The notes below the pieces were generated by a model. The model saw only the letters and a list, made by a program, of their open reading frames with translations. It did not search any database and was not told the DNA's origin. 37,623 nt of DNA from an uncultured bacterium (GTDB taxonomy: Bacteria > Verrucomicrobiota > Kiritimatiellia > CBFGVE01), in the NCBI GenBank assembly GCA_965651915.1, contig CBFGVE010000001.1, forward strand, positions 1-37,623. Reading direction: 5' to 3'. The translations under genes and the position numbers were made by a program. Below, in pieces: positions 35,940-37,623 of this stretch (positions within the stretch are counted from its first letter, which is position 1; every line of letters starts with the position of its first letter).

Positions 35940-36344
35940 TCAAGACCAATGCTCAATGCGCAGGCCGGCAACCCGCTCGAAGTCGCGCAGGTTGTGGGTG
36001 GCCAGAAGGTGGCCGTGGGCGAGGCAGGTCGCAGCGATCCACATGTCGTGGGCTCCAATTGGGAGGCCCTGGCTGACGAGATCGGCCCAGAGCTGGGCGT
36101 GGGACCGTGCGGTTGCCGTGTCGATGGGTAGTACCGGAATGCTCGCGAGTATGCCCTCAACGAACGCAAGGCGCTTCGCCCTCGTGTTGGCATCGCGGGC
36201 TCGATGTACGCCGTGCAGCAGCTCGCTCGCCGAGATCACCGAAAGAAAGCATTCCTCCTGCTCGCGGCCGATCAAATACGGGGTGACATCAGACCCTGCT
36301 CGTTCCGCCTGGATGAGGATGCTGCTGTCAATCAGGACGCCCAC
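35940..36344 (-). CDS. vapC: Type II toxin, PIN-domain (VapC family)
   Basis: 134 aa. 'VLIDSSILIQAER', 'ISASELLHGVHRA', 'GAHDMWIAATCLAHGHLLATHNLRDF'. Confidence 0.8.
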   Translation of the reverse strand: MGVLIDSSILIQAERAGSDVTPYLIGREQEECFLSVISASELLHGVHRARDANTRAKRLAFVEGILASIPVLPIDTATARSHAQLWADLVSQGLPIGAHDMWIAATCLAHGHLLATHNLRDFERVAGLRIEHWS

Positions 36345-36613
36345 GGATCCCCCTGCTTCTGCTGGTCCAGCTCGGTGCGGGCGCGGTCCAGATCGCCGGC
36401 GAAGACCTCGGCATCGCCCACGTCCAGGTGGGGTAGGGAGCGAAGCAGACCCGGCAGATCGCCCAGCCGCCGGCCGCTCGGCAGCGGCCGCAGCTCGGCG
36501 ATGTTCCGGTTTCCCTTGCGGAGGACGAAAGATTCACCACGGTAGGCAACCCGGCCCAGATAGTCGGAAAAGTGCCGCACGGCTTCGGTTACGGTAAGGG
36601 TGGTAGTGTGCAT
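36332..36613 (-). CDS. Type II antitoxin, Phd/YefM-like
   Basis: 93 aa from the ATG at 36613. 'TLTVTEAVRHFSDYLGRVAYRGESFVLRKGNRNIAELRP' is a typical Phd/YefM N-terminal fold. Overlaps the PIN gene start by 13 nt. Confidence 0.7.
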   Translation of the reverse strand: MHTTTLTVTEAVRHFSDYLGRVAYRGESFVLRKGNRNIAELRPLPSGRRLGDLPGLLRSLPHLDVGDAEVFAGDLDRARTELDQQKQGDPWAS

Positions 36614-36622
36614 GGCAAGACA

Positions 36623-36670
36623 GTGTATAATCTGAAAATCAGAAAATACACATTTAATCCGCTTTGTCAA
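36623..36670 (-). promoter_or_regulatory. Candidate promoter and operator of the Phd/PIN module
   Basis: The minus strand has a perfect -35 TTGACA (plus-strand 36665-36670), a 16-nt spacer, then TATTTT. An imperfect 29-bp palindrome GTGTAT-AAT-CTGA-AAA-TCAG-AAA-ATACAC (36623-36651) lies between this promoter and the ATG. Confidence 0.45.
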
Positions 36671-36680
36671 CCACATTAGG

Positions 36681-36926
36681 TTGCGGTATACCCGGATGCT
36701 GCTCCTGCCGGCTGGAGCGGGACTGGTCACCACCCTGGTCGGCATTTCGTCGGTCTTCGCCGGTTTCTCGGACTACGTGTCGGGTGTGGCGGACCTGGAG
36801 CAGATCAAGATGGTTTGGGGAGACATCGCGTTAGGCCTGGGCGTGGCCCTGGACCCGCTCGCCTTGGGGCTGTGCGTAGCCCTCGGGGGCCTGTTCCTGC
36901 TCTCCTTCGTGGACTGCGAAAAATGA
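36681..36926 (+). pseudogene. Possible remnant: C-terminal two-TM fragment resembling MotA/TolQ/ExbB proton-channel proteins
   Basis: 81-aa ORF with a TTG start. 'GLVTTLVGISSVFAGF' and 'GDIALGLGVALDPLALGLCVALGG' loosely follow the MotA/ExbB pattern 'GLxGTVxGxxxxF ... GIxxALxxTxxGLxxA'. No N-terminal part is present upstream. Confidence 0.25.
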
Positions 36927-37009
36927 GCGGCCGAGGTCGGTTATGATCGTGTACTCTTTCCTGAACGTCGTTCTAAATAGGTTCCCATCCCCCTTGTAGG
37001 AGCATCCCC

Positions 37010-37623
37010 ATGGCTAAAAAATCCTCGAAGCAAAATCAGGCAATGCCCGCAGATGTTGCCACCGCGCGCGCGGCCATGGAGCGGATGTTTCTCACGTTGA
37101 GTGGCCGGATGGGTGGGGAGGATGGCCCGGCCAGCGACGAGGAGCGAGCCCAGGATCTGGTCTTCCAAGCGATGGAGGCACCCTCGGGCAAGGAAGCCCT
37201 GATGCATCTGGCGGAGGCGATCCGGCTGGATCCGGATAATGTCGATGCGCGACTGATGCTGCTGGATGTCGAGGACTTGGATTCCAGTGGACGGGTCGAG
37301 GCCTTGCGCGAGATTGTCGAGATCGCCGCCCGGAAATTGGGCGAGGATGCGTTCAAGGAATTGGCCCCGCACTTCTGGGGCTTTGTGGAGACCAGGCCCT
37401 ACATGAGGGCGCGCATGCAGCTTGCCGAGGAGCTGTTGGCGGCAGGCCGCATGGAAGAGGCGGTTGTGGAATACACCGGGCTGCTGGAGCTTAGCGCGGG
37501 CGACAACGTTGGCGCCCGCTACCCGCTTTTTACCTGCCTGCTGACACTGGGCCAGTTCAAGGAGGCCGAGGCCTTGCTAAAGGCCCACAAGGACGAGGTG
37601 AAGTATAGCGTGGTGTTCGCCTG
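37010..37623 (+). CDS. Hypothetical TPR-like helical-repeat protein (5' partial, runs off the window end)
   Basis: Not in the ORF track because it has no stop in the window. ATG at 37010 preceded by AGGAG. The translation 'MAKKSSKQNQ...EALMHLAEAIRLDPDNVDARLMLL...GRMEEAVVEYTGLLELSAGDNVGARYPLFTCLLTLGQFKEAEALLK' looks like a real helical-repeat protein. The antisense track ORFs (36941-37372, 37036-37356) are Arg/Ser-rich shadows. Confidence 0.55.
   Translation, partial: MAKKSSKQNQAMPADVATARAAMERMFLTLSGRMGGEDGPASDEERAQDLVFQAMEAPSGKEALMHLAEAIRLDPDNVDARLMLLDVEDLDSSGRVEALREIVEIAARKLGEDAFKELAPHFWGFVETRPYMRARMQLAEELLAAGRMEEAVVEYTGLLELSAGDNVGARYPLFTCLLTLGQFKEAEALLKAHKDEVKYSVVFA

Noticed and set aside
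36941-37372. 143-aa and 106-aa minus-strand track ORFs
   Set aside because: They are antisense to a better plus-strand ORF (37010 to the window end) that has an RBS and a helical-repeat-like sequence. The minus-strand translations are Arg/Ser/Gly-rich low-complexity strings.

Overview
High-G+C bacterial chromosomal segment (composition judged by eye, not computed) with about 30 genes. The H-X9-DG prepilin-like protein and the PEP-CTERM protein suggest a PVC-type host (Verrucomicrobia, Planctomycetes or Lentisphaerae). That taxon call is an inference from known family distributions. All calls below come from motif recognition in the supplied ORF translations; no HMM or BLAST search was possible. 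Left to right the window holds: (1) housekeeping genes on the minus strand: comEC-like, thiD, apt, an RpoD-like sigma factor and ppdK. (2) A visibly lower-G+C insertion of about 2.7 kb between the sigma gene and ppdK. It carries one 865-aa ORF that fuses a XamI-like nuclease to an N6-adenine methyltransferase, and it is bracketed by a 19-bp perfect direct repeat that duplicates part of the ppdK terminator. (3) A glycan-utilisation neighbourhood: a membrane SGNH hydrolase, a twice-frameshifted two-module beta-helix lipoprotein, a Cys-type sulfatase, a XylR/AraC-type regulator, a GH3 glycosidase and a PEP-CTERM protein. These are followed by an H-X9-DG pseudopilin-like protein, a TPR protein and an EEP-family lipoprotein. 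(4) A lower-G+C patch with a vapBC module. (5) A URO-D-family gene, a PhyH-family dioxygenase gene and a 1069-aa heparinase-II/III-like protein with a PA14 domain. (6) A complete MFP-RND-TolC efflux operon. (7) A second PIN/Phd toxin-antitoxin module, a probable gene remnant and a partial TPR-like ORF running off the end. I found no rRNA, tRNA, CRISPR array, transposase or integrase. The best candidates for follow-up are the single-polypeptide R-M fusion island, a roughly 40-nt repeat family (3 copies) that sits beside both toxin-antitoxin modules, an orphan intrinsic terminator in a 411-nt leader, and the frameshifted beta-helix gene. Nothing here can be shown to be novel from sequence alone.
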